From Aplysia californica (taxonomy: Eukaryota), in the NCBI RefSeq assembly GCF_000002075.1, contig NW_004797722.1:258783-322782 (forward strand): a stretch of 64,000 bases of DNA, read 5' to 3'. Position numbers and translations under genes: made by a program. Below the pieces are notes generated by a model, which was given only the letters and a program-made list of their open reading frames with translations, ran no database searches and was not told the origin of the DNA. Of the stretch, positions 63,010 to 64,000 are shown in pieces (within the stretch, counting starts at the first letter, position 1; each line of letters starts with the position of its first letter).

Positions 63010-64000
63010 AAAGGGGTGGTGCTGTGTTACCTGTTTTGCTGCTGGGGTTTTACATTACTTGAGTTCGTTTCATGTTGAAAAAGTACACCATGTGATTATA
63101 CCAAAAAACCCCAAAACCAAACTAATAATCAGTGATGTGCGTATAGTTGTTTTTTTTCTTGTTTCTATTTTCTTACCGTTTAACTTCTTTTTCTTTCTGT
63201 GTAACATTTTGATTGATTCTTCAATTTTACTTTACACACTTGTTTCTCAGATTTGTTATTATTAAGACAGGGATGTGTTAAGTCAGATCTGTTGTGTGAT
63301 CATTGCAACTAAGCTAGCAAGTTGTCTCCATGTTCTCTTTACTGGGACACGGTGCACAAATTATTGCCTACTGAATTTGAACGTTTGAATGAATTGCTTA
63401 ATGGTCCTGGCCATGGTATCCATGTGCATATATTGTTCTCTTGATTTATCTACAAAACTCAAAAGTCCCAAAAATGCAGATGGAAGTGTTAAATTTGCAC
63501 ACACACCTGATCTTAAAATTTCCTGCAAGGATGGTGTCTTACTTCAACACTGTCACTTGCTGGGAGGATGTCTTGAGCTATGTTTCCTTATTGCTTTTAC
63601 TAGTGTGAATCTCTGTGTGGCTAATGTTATACATAAATAAAGGAGCGACATTGCCTTTAAATTGCTAGGTGTTCATAACTTCCTACATGTTCCCCGAAGC
63701 GGGCTGTCAACCACAGAGAGAATAGAATGTGTTGTAGGTTTGGCATAGCAGTCGATCTGGGATTTAGTATGTCTTTATAACTCCACGCATAGTAATTTGT
63801 ATTGTTTGTGCAAATGAGTACATATATTATTTTTGTTTGGTTTACTTGTGTTTTTAATTGTTGGAAATTGAAGCCATTGTCTGCCTAGTTCTATCATATG
63901 AAAAGTGCGCGCTCCAACACATTAATTTTAATTTCTGTTCTCTACGATTGTTGCATTGCTACAGAATTTACCTTGAAGCTAGGTGTTATGTTATTTCATG

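Overview
AT-rich, intron- and transposon-rich animal genomic scaffold with several N-gaps. It is invertebrate; the SINE styles are mollusc/lophotrochozoan-like, but the taxon is not proven. I reconstructed four protein-coding genes by hand from splice signals and reading-frame phase. (1) A + strand protein 4.1/EPB41/coracle-type FERM-FA gene with 13 coding exons (7848-22176, ~716 aa) and an unusual tail of RRxSP octamer and KPEKAP hexamer repeats. (2) A - strand single-coding-exon 716-aa orphan protein, Ser/Pro-rich with Cys clusters (30159-32309), converging tail-to-tail with the FERM gene. (3) A - strand 3-exon NADAR/YbiA-family N-glycosidase of strongly bacterial-like sequence (180 aa, 47849-53780); its exon 2 appears twice across a gap. 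(4) A + strand G-protein gamma subunit with an intronless CDS ending in CTIL (62791-63009), head-to-head with NADAR. The rest contains tRNA-derived SINEs, RTE-type LINE fragments, two decayed Tc1/mariner copies (one with a nested hAT-type element and 8-bp TSD), many MITEs, and a >1.3-kb nested palindrome. The most interesting leads are the spliced animal NADAR gene (candidate guanine-ADP-ribose eraser) and the orphan gene.
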